DNA of 32,000 bases, taken from positions 2,970,001 to 3,002,000 of the forward strand of contig NZ_CP074694.1 of NCBI RefSeq assembly GCF_018398935.1. Direction: 5' to 3'. Shown piece by piece: positions 19,055 through 26,888 of this stretch. Source of the stretch: Telmatocola sphagniphila. Its GTDB lineage: Bacteria > Planctomycetota > Planctomycetia > Gemmatales > Gemmataceae. Position 1 is the stretch's first letter, and each line of letters begins with the position of its first letter. The notes under the pieces are model-generated. The model did not search any database, was not told the DNA's origin, and worked only from the letters and a program-made list of their open reading frames with translations. Position numbers and translations under genes: made by a program.

Positions 19055-19236
19055 CTCGTTGCTTCCTCGAAAAAAATATCGTCTCGCAATTCAAGACGTA
19101 TTCCTATCAAGAGTGCAACGTCGATGCCAAAGAAGTATGCAATACCTGCATTCGAACTAGTTAAGGATTTTGACTTAAGAGTCAAACGGGAGAGGAGTTC
19201 AGAACCAAATTTAATAAGTGCTAACCGGACTTCCAT
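19051..19236 (-). CDS. Small ORF (61 aa), possibly a divergent HTH protein, translationally coupled to the DUF2383 gene
   Basis: ATG start and ATGA stop/start overlap with the downstream gene. FGSELLSRL...SLTSSNAGIAYFFGIDVALLIGIRLE loosely resembles an XRE-type HTH. No obvious Shine-Dalgarno. Confidence 0.4.
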   Translation of the reverse strand: MEVRLALIKFGSELLSRLTLKSKSLTSSNAGIAYFFGIDVALLIGIRLELRDDIFFEEATR

Positions 19237-19644
19237 AGCGATGTACTACGCGATTAGTTCGCATGCTGCCGACGAGAATGGTCCGCTTAGGTAGCAAATC
19301 CTGCAGCTTTCTTTGTACGAACTCTGCCGGGGAGAATTTTTCGCGTTCGTCCACAACAGACTCTTCTTGAGATTTGGGTGATAGAAATGGCGAAGCCTTC
19401 GTGGACATGCGTGTCGGTGACATCTTTTAATCCCCAAATACTGGGCGGACGATTAGCTTACGGCAGATCATGTGCCAAAGCAAAATTAATATCCGAATTA
19501 AATAAATATATATTTTCGACGGAGAAAACTGCGATGCGACAGCCATTTAAGATTTCTGAAGTCCGATTATTAAATGGCTAGCGCAACCCAATTCTCAACA
19601 ACGGGAAGACATCGCGCTGCTAAAAGGGCTGAATAAATGGCCGA

Positions 19645-20202
19645 TTAATGGCCGTTGCTTCCCAATTGAAGGGACTTCTGCACTAAAGTGGAGGTTAATC
19701 CCGGTTCCGCATTCTCTAACAAAGAGTAAAGCGAGGACAGCGAGCGTCGGGCGCTGCAAAGTCGAATCAACCGAATCGCCAGACGCACTTCTCCGAACAA
19801 AATCAGCTCACTGGCTCGTTCCCGCAACTTTTCACACGTCTCATTTTCCCAGCTTTTTTGTGCGACCTGATAAGCCTCTTCCACGGCATGATCTTCATCG
19901 ATTTCGTTCTGGATTTGCCCTTGGAGATTAAGAATCGTATCGCCTAACTGGAAGGCGTGCAGAATTGCTTGTTGCCCTCGTTCCGAAAGTTCAACCGCAT
20001 GCACGGGGTGGGCAGCAAATCTTTCTGCAAATACCGCAAAAGCATAGATTTCCTGACAGGCTCGGAGAAATTCCGCATTTAAACGCCCGAGAATCTCTAA
20101 TTTCGTCGGCGGAGCAGAATTGAGCGCCTCCACCCGAGACGATCGGGAAGCGGCGTTATTCCGAATTCTCTTCATGCGAGACATCGTAGCAGTACGGGAC
20201 AT
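19645..20202 (-). CDS. Hypothetical all-helical protein, last gene of the two-component operon
   Basis: The ORF is open to 20280. The ATG at 20202 (MSRTATMSRMKR...) has AGGAAG 7 nt upstream. No recognisable family motif. Confidence 0.55.
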   Translation of the reverse strand: MSRTATMSRMKRIRNNAASRSSRVEALNSAPPTKLEILGRLNAEFLRACQEIYAFAVFAERFAAHPVHAVELSERGQQAILHAFQLGDTILNLQGQIQNEIDEDHAVEEAYQVAQKSWENETCEKLRERASELILFGEVRLAIRLIRLCSARRSLSSLYSLLENAEPGLTSTLVQKSLQLGSNGH

Positions 20203-20359
20203 GGTGCATCTTCCTAAATGTGTGCTTCCATCAATTAAAACTTGGGGAAAGCCTAAAGCAGGACTTGTGCCGATCGGCATTAATAATTGATGAATTCAAT
20301 GCGAAATAGTCTGAAATGATAATTTGTATCGAAGTAATTAATTAAAAAAACGGCCCAGA

Positions 20360-21550
20360 TTAGCATTCAATTAATGGAAGCTTGACGAGTATTTCCGTTC
20401 CTTTTTCAATTCCTTCACTGCGTGCCTGAACGCTGCCGCCGTGCATCTCCACCAGCTTTTTCACCAGAGAAAGGCCTATGCCTAAACCACCTTGCGACCG
20501 ATTTAAACTGCGATCCACCTGCGTAAACAGCTCGAAGATCTGGGACACCATCTCTGGCGGAATTCCGACTCCCGTATCCTGCACGCAGATCGCTGCAAAC
20601 GAATCGCTTTGAGTGACCTTCAGACAGACTCGACCGCCGCGCTTGGTGTATTTTGCGGCATTGTTCAGCAAATTGGAAAAAACCTGCGCAAGCCGCAGCC
20701 TATCTCCCCGAACCTTGAGTTCCCGTTCGGGCATCTCCAGATCCAAAGTGATTCCCGCTTTGTCCAGGAGGGGTTGGCTGGTCTCCAGCGACAGGTCAAT
20801 TATCTCGCGAACTAGCAATAGGTCCAGATCCAGCGTCAACTTACTGCGGGTGATGCGGGAAATATCCAACAGGTCATCTATGAGGCGGATTAAGGTGTGC
20901 GTCTGCCTCTCCATGATTAAACGGGCTTTTTCAATCGTGGCAGGATTATCTGCCGCTATTCTCATGATTTCCAGAGCATTGCGAATCGGAGCGAGAGGAT
21001 TTCGCAGTTCGTGAGCGAGGGTGGCCAGGAATTCGTCCTTGCGCTTATCGGCCAGACGAAGCGCTTCATTTGCACGTGCTAGCTCTTCGGTGCGCTCGGC
21101 CACTTTCTTTTCAAGCTGGGTTTCGTATTGTCGCTGCTGCAAAGCGTAGCGGATCGTCCTATCCAGCACGGCAGCTTCCAACCGGCTCTTTTCCAGAAAA
21201 TCGGTCGCGCCGGCATCCATGGCCGCCAAGTCGATTTCCGTACTACTTTGACCTGTCAGAAGAATGATTGGCGATTTGCAACCCAAAGCGCGCGCCTCCT
21301 TGAGCAGTTCCAGGCCGCTTTTTTCTCCTAGCCGGTAGTCCAGCAGGTAGATGTCGTGCTCGCCCCGACGGATCGCCTCAAATCCCTCTTCGAACTTCCA
21401 GATCCATTGAAGATTGAAACTCGCGTGAGAGATGTCGCTCAAGACCTGCTTGGTGAGGTAGTAATCGTCCTCATCATCGTCGATCAGCAGAATCTCGATG
21501 GGACGATCAGTTACGGGAGTTGGACCGTTCATAGTGAGGCAACTCCACAA
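20360..21550 (-). CDS. Cytoplasmic hybrid protein: N-terminal receiver domain, then HisKA and HATPase_c histidine kinase domains
   Basis: REC: ILLIDDDEDDYYL..DIYLLDYRLGEKSGLELL..PIILLTG. H-box LAHELRNPLAPI. N/G boxes NLLNNAAKYT, DTGVGI, GGLGIGLSLV. No TM segments. An alternative start at 21532 (MNGPTP) is possible. Confidence 0.9.
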   Translation of the reverse strand: MWSCLTMNGPTPVTDRPIEILLIDDDEDDYYLTKQVLSDISHASFNLQWIWKFEEGFEAIRRGEHDIYLLDYRLGEKSGLELLKEARALGCKSPIILLTGQSSTEIDLAAMDAGATDFLEKSRLEAAVLDRTIRYALQQRQYETQLEKKVAERTEELARANEALRLADKRKDEFLATLAHELRNPLAPIRNALEIMRIAADNPATIEKARLIMERQTHTLIRLIDDLLDISRITRSKLTLDLDLLLVREIIDLSLETSQPLLDKAGITLDLEMPERELKVRGDRLRLAQVFSNLLNNAAKYTKRGGRVCLKVTQSDSFAAICVQDTGVGIPPEMVSQIFELFTQVDRSLNRSQGGLGIGLSLVKKLVEMHGGSVQARSEGIEKGTEILVKLPLIEC

Positions 21551-21989
21551 TCTCTAGCCAATACTTGCCCAGAACTTTGATGACTTCCACGAGCCCTTCG
21601 AAGGTCACGGGCTTCGTTATGTAAGAAGAGGCCGACAAATTGTAGGATTTTATGATGTCTTCCTCGGCCTTGGAGGTCGTCATGATCACCACGCGAAGCG
21701 TTTTCAGATGGGGATCTGCTTTTATTTCCTGCAGAGCTTCGCGGCCATCCTTGCGAGGCATATTCAGATCGAGAAGCAACAATCCCGGCATGGGGGAGGA
21801 CGCCGGGTCGCTGTATTTGCCTCTTCTATGCAAATAATCCATCAGTTCTTCACCATCATTGACAAAACGCAGATCGTTGGCAAGCCGGCTCTCTGCAAAT
21901 GCCTCCTGAGTCAATCGTCGATCATCAGGATCATCATCAGCCATAAGAATTGTCACGATTCGTTCCTTGAGCGAAGAGTTGAAAACCAA
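21507..21989 (-). CDS. Single-domain response regulator (Rcp1/CheY-like receiver)
   Basis: ILMADDDPDDRRL..LLLLDLNMPRKDGREAL..VVIMTTS..YITKP. TTG start at 21989 is preceded by AAGGAG 6 nt upstream (the SD overlaps the stop of the upstream kinase). Confidence 0.9.
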   Translation of the reverse strand: MVFNSSLKERIVTILMADDDPDDRRLTQEAFAESRLANDLRFVNDGEELMDYLHRRGKYSDPASSPMPGLLLLDLNMPRKDGREALQEIKADPHLKTLRVVIMTTSKAEEDIIKSYNLSASSYITKPVTFEGLVEVIKVLGKYWLEIVELPHYERSNSRN

Positions 21990-21999
21990 TGGACGCTCC

Positions 22000-24675
22000 T
22001 TAAATCTGAACCGAAGGGATAGTCACTTCGAAGGTCGCTCCTTGCCCCGGCTGGCTTTTCGCGGAGATCGATCCACGATGCCTTTCAACTATTTTTCGAC
22101 AGATCGCCAGCCCCACACCGGTCCCTTCATATTCATCTCGTCCATGCAGCCTTTGAAATACTTCAAAGATTCGGTCCAAATACTTTTCGTCAAAGCCTAT
22201 GCCGTTATCACTTATATCAACCCTATAGCAGGCGGGTTTAACCGAATCATTATTATCAGCACTATTTGTGCCAATCAACTGAGATGCAATGTTAACTTCA
22301 GGAGGAACACCGACTTTATGAAACTTCAAAGCATTTCCGATCAGATTTTGAAAGAGTTGTCGCATTTGTAAGGCATCTGCTTGAATTTTTGGCAACTTGC
22401 CCACGATGACTTGGCCGCCGGTCTGTAGCAAGCGGCCTTCCAAATCGGAGAGAACTTCCTGGACTAGGAGGTTCAAATCGACCATCTCGAAATTTCCCGG
22501 TTTCGTGGTAACTCGGGAGAAGGCCAGCAGGTCATCAATCAGTCGACGCATACGGGCCGAGGAATCCAGCATCCGCTCGATATAGTTTTGCCCTTCCTCA
22601 CCCAGTGTTGACTGGTATTTCTGAGTGAGTCGATTCCCAAACGCCTGAATTTTCCGAAGGGGTTCCTGGAGATCGTGGGAAGCCACATACGCAAACTTTT
22701 CCAATTCCTCGTTACTTCGCCGCAGTTCGCGTGCCTGATTCTTTTCCCGCTCCTCGGCTCGGCTTCTTTCCTCAACCTCCTCCTGAAGGGATCTATTCAA
22801 TTTCAAGAGTTCCGAAGTTCTCAACTCAACCAGACGCTCTAAGACTTCAGATTGCAGTTTCTGTTCGTGAATGTCCGTCATAGTTCCCACCCACTGAGAA
22901 ATCTCACCAGTGGTTTCTCGAAGTGCCACCGCATTCGTGAGCATCCAGCGGTAATTGGGATCACTCTTGCCGCGCAGGCGAAACTCATTGACGTAATGGT
23001 CCGAGTTGGCCTGACGGGCTTTCTCCCAAGCATCATGCATGCCTTGAAGATCCTCCGGATGCACCAACTCTCTCCAGCCGAGATTTCGCGCCAGTTCCAC
23101 GGTCACACCGGTGTGATCGATCCAGCGGCGGTTATAATAAGTGACCTGACCGCTCGCGTCAGTTGCCCAAACCATCTGAGGAATCGCCTCGGTCAGCAGG
23201 CGGAACCGTTCCAGACTTTCGCGCAATTCCACTTCAATTTTGCGATGCTCGGTAACATCCCGAGAGACGCAGACATAACGAAATGGCGTTCCGTCGGGCC
23301 CGGGAATCGGAGCAATTTGAACGTCCCAGTACTTCGGTGTTCCTTTCATCGTCGGCCGAGAACCACTGAAGCGACCAATGGACCCGCTGGTGGCGAGATC
23401 GAACGCTTTCTTCACGTCTTGCTGCTGCTCGGGAGTCCACATACTTTCCCACTGCCGACCTTTGATCTGCTCGAAGTCATCGATCTGCATGAGCTTGCGA
23501 CCCGGCGAATTCATCTCTTGAATTCGGCCTTCCCGATCGAGAATTTTGATGCAATCCGGACTGTTCTCCAGAACGCTTCGGAAAAAGGCTTCACTATCCC
23601 GAATCTGTTGTTCGGTATGTAATTGTTCCGTGATATCCAAAGCAATGACGCCCAGCCCAATTTTCTTCTGCAGATTATCGCGAACGGGAAAAATGCTCAA
23701 ACGCCAGACACGCTTCTTTCCGGATACTTCCTGTTCGATGTGCAAAATCCGATCGGGAATTCGTTCGCCGGTGGCCAGGGAGTGCTTGAAATCCTGCAGA
23801 ATTTCTTCGGGAAAATCCGATCGGAGTTCTCGCGGCGTCTTTCCCCAGTGCGCGGCCAGAGGCAGGCGGTTCATTTCTGCAATTTGGTGATTCGCTCTCA
23901 CGTACCGAAGGTTAGGATCGAAGAAGGAAATTCCCACCGGAGCGTTCTGGAGAAATGCATCGAGTTGTGCAAGAGTCTCCGCCATATCCTGACGGGAACT
24001 ATCGAGATGCTGATTCGTCTCGCGTAATTTTCGCTCCACAGTCTTGCGATGTTTCAACTCGCTATGAACTAATCGATAAGCCCCGCCGACGAGAAACAGA
24101 ATCAGAAAACCGCCGACGATATTGGTAATGGCGGCTACCAGATAGCTGTTTTCAGCCGTATTAATTCGCTGCTGGTACAAATCCTCCTCGACTCGATCCA
24201 TCGCGGAAATTTGTTTCTGCACATCGTTCATCAGGCTAAAACCGCTACCCGATTTTATAACTTTTTCTGCCTCGACCTCCCCAGAGGCCTTTCGAACGGC
24301 TATGGTCTTGCGCAGCAGATTTAATTTGTCCTGAATAAGCTCCCCAAGTTGGTTAGCGCGCTCTACCTGCTCCGGGTTGTCTTGGGTTAAATTCTTAAGT
24401 ACAGTTAACTCCAGCTCGAGCATCTTCGCGGCGCGCTCAAAAGATTCTAAATATCTATCCTGTTCGGTAATTTGATAACCTCGCTGGCTCGATTCCGCAT
24501 CTTTTACGAGCGATAGAACATCGACAAGTTCCTTCTGGACATCGCGAGTGTGGGCCACGAGTTGATCGTGTTCGCGAAGGGTCTGCATATTGGAACGAGA
24601 CGCCAGAAAGTTCAGAATCACCGCCACGAAGGCCAACAACCATACTACAAGCATTTTCTTGGACGAATTACCCAT
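22000..24675 (-). CDS. Membrane sensor histidine kinase: CHASE3 periplasmic domain, about three PAS domains, HisKA, HATPase_c
   Basis: TM1 MLVVWLLAFVAVILNFL. CHASE3-like region (HTRDVQKELVDVLSLVKDAESSQRGYQITEQDRYLESF). TM2 LVAAITNIVGGFLILFLVGGAY. PAS cores (GISFFDPNLRYVRAN, DCIKILDREGRIQEMN, MVWATDASGQVTYYNRRW). H-box SHDLQEPLRKI. ATP-lid DNGIGF, GTGVGLAIC. Confidence 0.9.
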   Translation of the reverse strand: MGNSSKKMLVVWLLAFVAVILNFLASRSNMQTLREHDQLVAHTRDVQKELVDVLSLVKDAESSQRGYQITEQDRYLESFERAAKMLELELTVLKNLTQDNPEQVERANQLGELIQDKLNLLRKTIAVRKASGEVEAEKVIKSGSGFSLMNDVQKQISAMDRVEEDLYQQRINTAENSYLVAAITNIVGGFLILFLVGGAYRLVHSELKHRKTVERKLRETNQHLDSSRQDMAETLAQLDAFLQNAPVGISFFDPNLRYVRANHQIAEMNRLPLAAHWGKTPRELRSDFPEEILQDFKHSLATGERIPDRILHIEQEVSGKKRVWRLSIFPVRDNLQKKIGLGVIALDITEQLHTEQQIRDSEAFFRSVLENSPDCIKILDREGRIQEMNSPGRKLMQIDDFEQIKGRQWESMWTPEQQQDVKKAFDLATSGSIGRFSGSRPTMKGTPKYWDVQIAPIPGPDGTPFRYVCVSRDVTEHRKIEVELRESLERFRLLTEAIPQMVWATDASGQVTYYNRRWIDHTGVTVELARNLGWRELVHPEDLQGMHDAWEKARQANSDHYVNEFRLRGKSDPNYRWMLTNAVALRETTGEISQWVGTMTDIHEQKLQSEVLERLVELRTSELLKLNRSLQEEVEERSRAEEREKNQARELRRSNEELEKFAYVASHDLQEPLRKIQAFGNRLTQKYQSTLGEEGQNYIERMLDSSARMRRLIDDLLAFSRVTTKPGNFEMVDLNLLVQEVLSDLEGRLLQTGGQVIVGKLPKIQADALQMRQLFQNLIGNALKFHKVGVPPEVNIASQLIGTNSADNNDSVKPACYRVDISDNGIGFDEKYLDRIFEVFQRLHGRDEYEGTGVGLAICRKIVERHRGSISAKSQPGQGATFEVTIPSVQI

Positions 24676-24802
24676 CCAGTAAACCCTTCGATGGAGAAAA
24701 TATTGCTGTATTCCATTTTCCTGGCGAAGTTAATGACAGTCCTTGGTAAAATAATCTATCTCTCGATTCAAACCTAGTTAATTCGAGCAACACTTTTTAA
24801 CA

Positions 24803-26251
24803 ATGACGACCGAAGTTCCTGAACCGATAACCGGCCCAAAAGAGCCTGCGATCTCTCAGCGCGTACTAGTTGTGGAAGATCTCGAGGATACAAGAGTATC
24901 GCAACAGCAATTATTATGCCTATCGCTGGGTCTGGAAGTCGATACCGCCGAGGATGGCCAGGCAGCACTGAGTATGCTGTTGGAGCGCAATTACAGTCTG
25001 GTGATAACCGATCTTCGCATGCCGAAACTCAACGGCATGAAATTGATCGAAGAAATCAATCAGCGCAAATTGCCTGTTACTGTCATTGTGACGACCGGAC
25101 ATGGGGGGGTGAATGATGCCGTAAACGCCATGCGAATGGGCGCTTACGATTTTCTCGTAAAACCCCCGAACCCGCAGCATCTTTGCATGCTGGTGCAAAG
25201 GGCACTTCGGGAAAGATCCCTACAAGATGAAGTTGCATCACTTCGTCAGGAACTCGGGCAAAGGCATTCGTTTCAGAATGTCATTTCGAAAAGTCCGCGG
25301 ATGCACGATGTTTTCGAATTGATCGGCCAAATTGCCACGACCTCCTCTACCGTTCTAGTGATTGGCGAAACCGGTAGCGGGAAAGAGCAGATCGCCCGAG
25401 CGATTCATCAAGCCTCGGCCGAGCAGAGACCAGGGGCCTTTGTGGCAATTAATTGCGCGGCACTGCCCGAAACTCTTCTGGAAAGCGAACTATTCGGACA
25501 CGAAAAAGGAGCCTTCACAGGGGCTACCACTCAGCGCAAAGGCCGTTTTGAACAGGCTCATAAGGGTACTATATTCCTGGATGAAATCGGCGATGTTCCT
25601 CTGGCGATGCAAGTAAAACTCCTGCGGGTGCTCCAAGAGAGAAAATTCGAGCGCATCGGTGGAACTGAAACCGTCGAAATTGATGTTCGAGTTGTCGCAG
25701 CGACGCACCAAGCGTTGGAAAAGCTTGTAAAAGACGGCAAGTTCCGCGAAGATTTATTTTATCGTCTGAACGTTATTCGCATCGACGTACCCCCATTGCG
25801 GGACCGGCCCGAAGATATTCCAGTTCTAGCGAGCTTCTTTGCGCAGAAATTTACTCGCACCGGCCAGACACCTCCCAAGCTCAGCCCCGAAGCCTTACAG
25901 GTACTACAAGGTTATTCCTGGCCCGGTAATGTGCGTCAGCTGGAAAATGCCTTGGAAAGAGCCTGTATCACGGCCCGAGATGGCCTCATTTTGCCCAAAC
26001 ATTTGCCTTCGGATATCAGCGGATTGATATCCTCTTCGAAACAGGCAATGCAAGTCGATCTGTCACGAAGTTTACCGGAGCAGTTGTCCGAATTGGTTGC
26101 CAGTTTTGAGAAACGCTACCTGCGCAAAGCATTGAGGCGAACACGCGGCCATGTTGGCAAGACGGCCAAGATCAGTGGATTATCGCGAAGAAGTGTTACT
26201 GAAAAAATCGGACACTATGCGATCGACAAAGCAGAATTTAAAAAGGACTGA
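24803..26251 (+). CDS. Sigma-54-dependent response regulator (NtrC-family enhancer-binding protein)
   Basis: REC (VLVVEDLEDT..LVITDLRMPKLNG..VIVTTGHG). AAA+ sigma-54 interaction domain (GETGSGKE Walker A, GAFTGA loop as EKGAFTGA, IFLDEIGD Walker B, RVVAATH). C-terminal Fis-type HTH (GHVGKTAKISGLSRRSVTEKI). Confidence 0.93.
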   Translation: MTTEVPEPITGPKEPAISQRVLVVEDLEDTRVSQQQLLCLSLGLEVDTAEDGQAALSMLLERNYSLVITDLRMPKLNGMKLIEEINQRKLPVTVIVTTGHGGVNDAVNAMRMGAYDFLVKPPNPQHLCMLVQRALRERSLQDEVASLRQELGQRHSFQNVISKSPRMHDVFELIGQIATTSSTVLVIGETGSGKEQIARAIHQASAEQRPGAFVAINCAALPETLLESELFGHEKGAFTGATTQRKGRFEQAHKGTIFLDEIGDVPLAMQVKLLRVLQERKFERIGGTETVEIDVRVVAATHQALEKLVKDGKFREDLFYRLNVIRIDVPPLRDRPEDIPVLASFFAQKFTRTGQTPPKLSPEALQVLQGYSWPGNVRQLENALERACITARDGLILPKHLPSDISGLISSSKQAMQVDLSRSLPEQLSELVASFEKRYLRKALRRTRGHVGKTAKISGLSRRSVTEKIGHYAIDKAEFKKD

Positions 26252-26262
26252 AGGATATTGAA

Positions 26263-26289
26263 GATGCGGGACTTTTTCAGTCTCGCATC
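26263..26289. terminator. Stem-loop between two convergent stops (candidate bidirectional terminator)
   Basis: GATGCGGGACT-TTTTC-AGTCTCGCATC: 11-bp stem with one G-U wobble. It lies in the centre of the 57-nt gap between the stops at 26251 and 26309. Confidence 0.5.
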
Positions 26290-26308
26290 CAGAATTGTCT
26301 GAAATCCA

Positions 26309-26632
26309 CTAGCGCCGCCAACCACGGCCACCGCTGCGGAATCCACCCCGGTAGCCGGAGCGATAAAAATTATTATACCCCCAACGGTAACTGGGCCTAT
26401 AACCCCAGTTATAATATCCACCGTTTCCTATTCCGATGGAAAAATTGGGGCCACTATAGTAGAGTCCGGGATAACTACTATAAGAATAGTAGTTATAGGG
26501 CTGATAATAGGGCGTAGAGTAGGAATATCCGTAGGTTCCAGGATCATACGTAGTAACAATCTGGGCTTTGGCCTGAGAGCCGGTCAATAGCAGCACAGCG
26601 ATTCCGGCGACTAAAACATTTTGAATCCTCAT
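26309..26632 (-). CDS. Small secreted Tyr/Gly/Ser/Asn-rich low-complexity protein with Arg/Gly-rich C-terminus
   Basis: ATG at 26632 preceded by AAGGAG 7 nt upstream (track start is an upstream TTG, 26650). Signal peptide MRIQNVLVAGIAVLLLTGSQAKA. The 84-aa mature part has 20 Tyr, 16 Gly and 8 Arg (all in the last 29 aa), and no Lys, Glu or Cys. A sigma-54 promoter match lies upstream and a hairpin downstream. Confidence 0.75.
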   Translation of the reverse strand: MRIQNVLVAGIAVLLLTGSQAKAQIVTTYDPGTYGYSYSTPYYQPYNYYSYSSYPGLYYSGPNFSIGIGNGGYYNWGYRPSYRWGYNNFYRSGYRGGFRSGGRGWRR

Positions 26633-26678
26633 GGTGATTCTCCTTATCAAAAGCCATTTGATACAGAAAGATTAAACC

Positions 26679-26693
26679 GCAATCCGAATGCCA
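26679..26693 (-). promoter_or_regulatory. Sigma-54 (-24/-12) promoter match facing the Tyr/Gly-rich gene
   Basis: Minus strand reads TGGCAT-TCGGA-TTGC, with exact consensus spacing (TGGCAC-N5-TTGC). The -12 element lies about 47 nt upstream of the ATG at 26632. Confidence 0.7.
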
Positions 26694-26787
26694 ACGATCA
26701 TACTGGTTAAATTTTTCTGGTTCTTCCGAGACACTTTTGACATGCCTGGTGCGCGAAGGTGAGAATTCGAGTTCTCTTTGTTCGTGC

Positions 26788-26810
26788 AATCACTGACTAA
26801 ATGAGTGATT
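26788..26810. promoter_or_regulatory. Perfect inverted repeat between the two sigma-54 promoters (candidate activator/UAS site)
   Basis: AATCACT-N9-AGTGATT (7-bp arms). It lies about 95 bp upstream of the minus-strand -24 element and about 20 bp upstream of the plus-strand -24 element. Confidence 0.45.
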
Positions 26811-26830
26811 TTCAACAATTCACCTTTTGA

Positions 26831-26845
26831 CGGCACATAAGTTGC
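26831..26845 (+). promoter_or_regulatory. Sigma-54 (-24/-12) promoter match facing the cyclic glucan synthase gene
   Basis: CGGCAC-ATAAG-TTGC with exact GG-N10-GC spacing. The -12 element is about 44 nt upstream of the ATG at 26889, which has GAGG 7 nt upstream. Confidence 0.65.
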
Positions 26846-26888
26846 CTGTTTGCGATGATTCTAGCTCGAAATTTATTGAGGTTTATTT

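Noticed and set aside
19563-19653. Repeated CCGATTA..(A)ATGGC(C) / TAAATGGC motifs near the 3' end of the helical-protein gene
   Set aside because: These are three short, degenerate copies in an AT-rich region, one overlapping the stop codon. That is too little information to separate them from chance.
19645-20202. Hpt (histidine phosphotransfer) domain in the terminal helical protein
   Set aside because: The only candidate, LHAFQLGDTILNLQG, does not fit the HxxKG signature or its spacing. I kept it as an open question in the findings but did not call it as a feature.
24676-24802. Sigma-54 promoter or strong palindromes in the kinase-operon/activator divergent region
   Set aside because: I searched both strands for GG-N10-GC with the TGGCA/TTGC context. 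Only weak 5-6-bp inverted repeats (GAAAAT...ATTTTC) were found, with no convincing match.
26737-26766. Sigma-70-like promoter TTGACA-N18-GAGAAT on the plus strand
   Set aside because: The -35 is perfect, but the -10 is weak and the spacer is long. Promoter consensus in this lineage is uncertain, so I cannot support it beyond chance.
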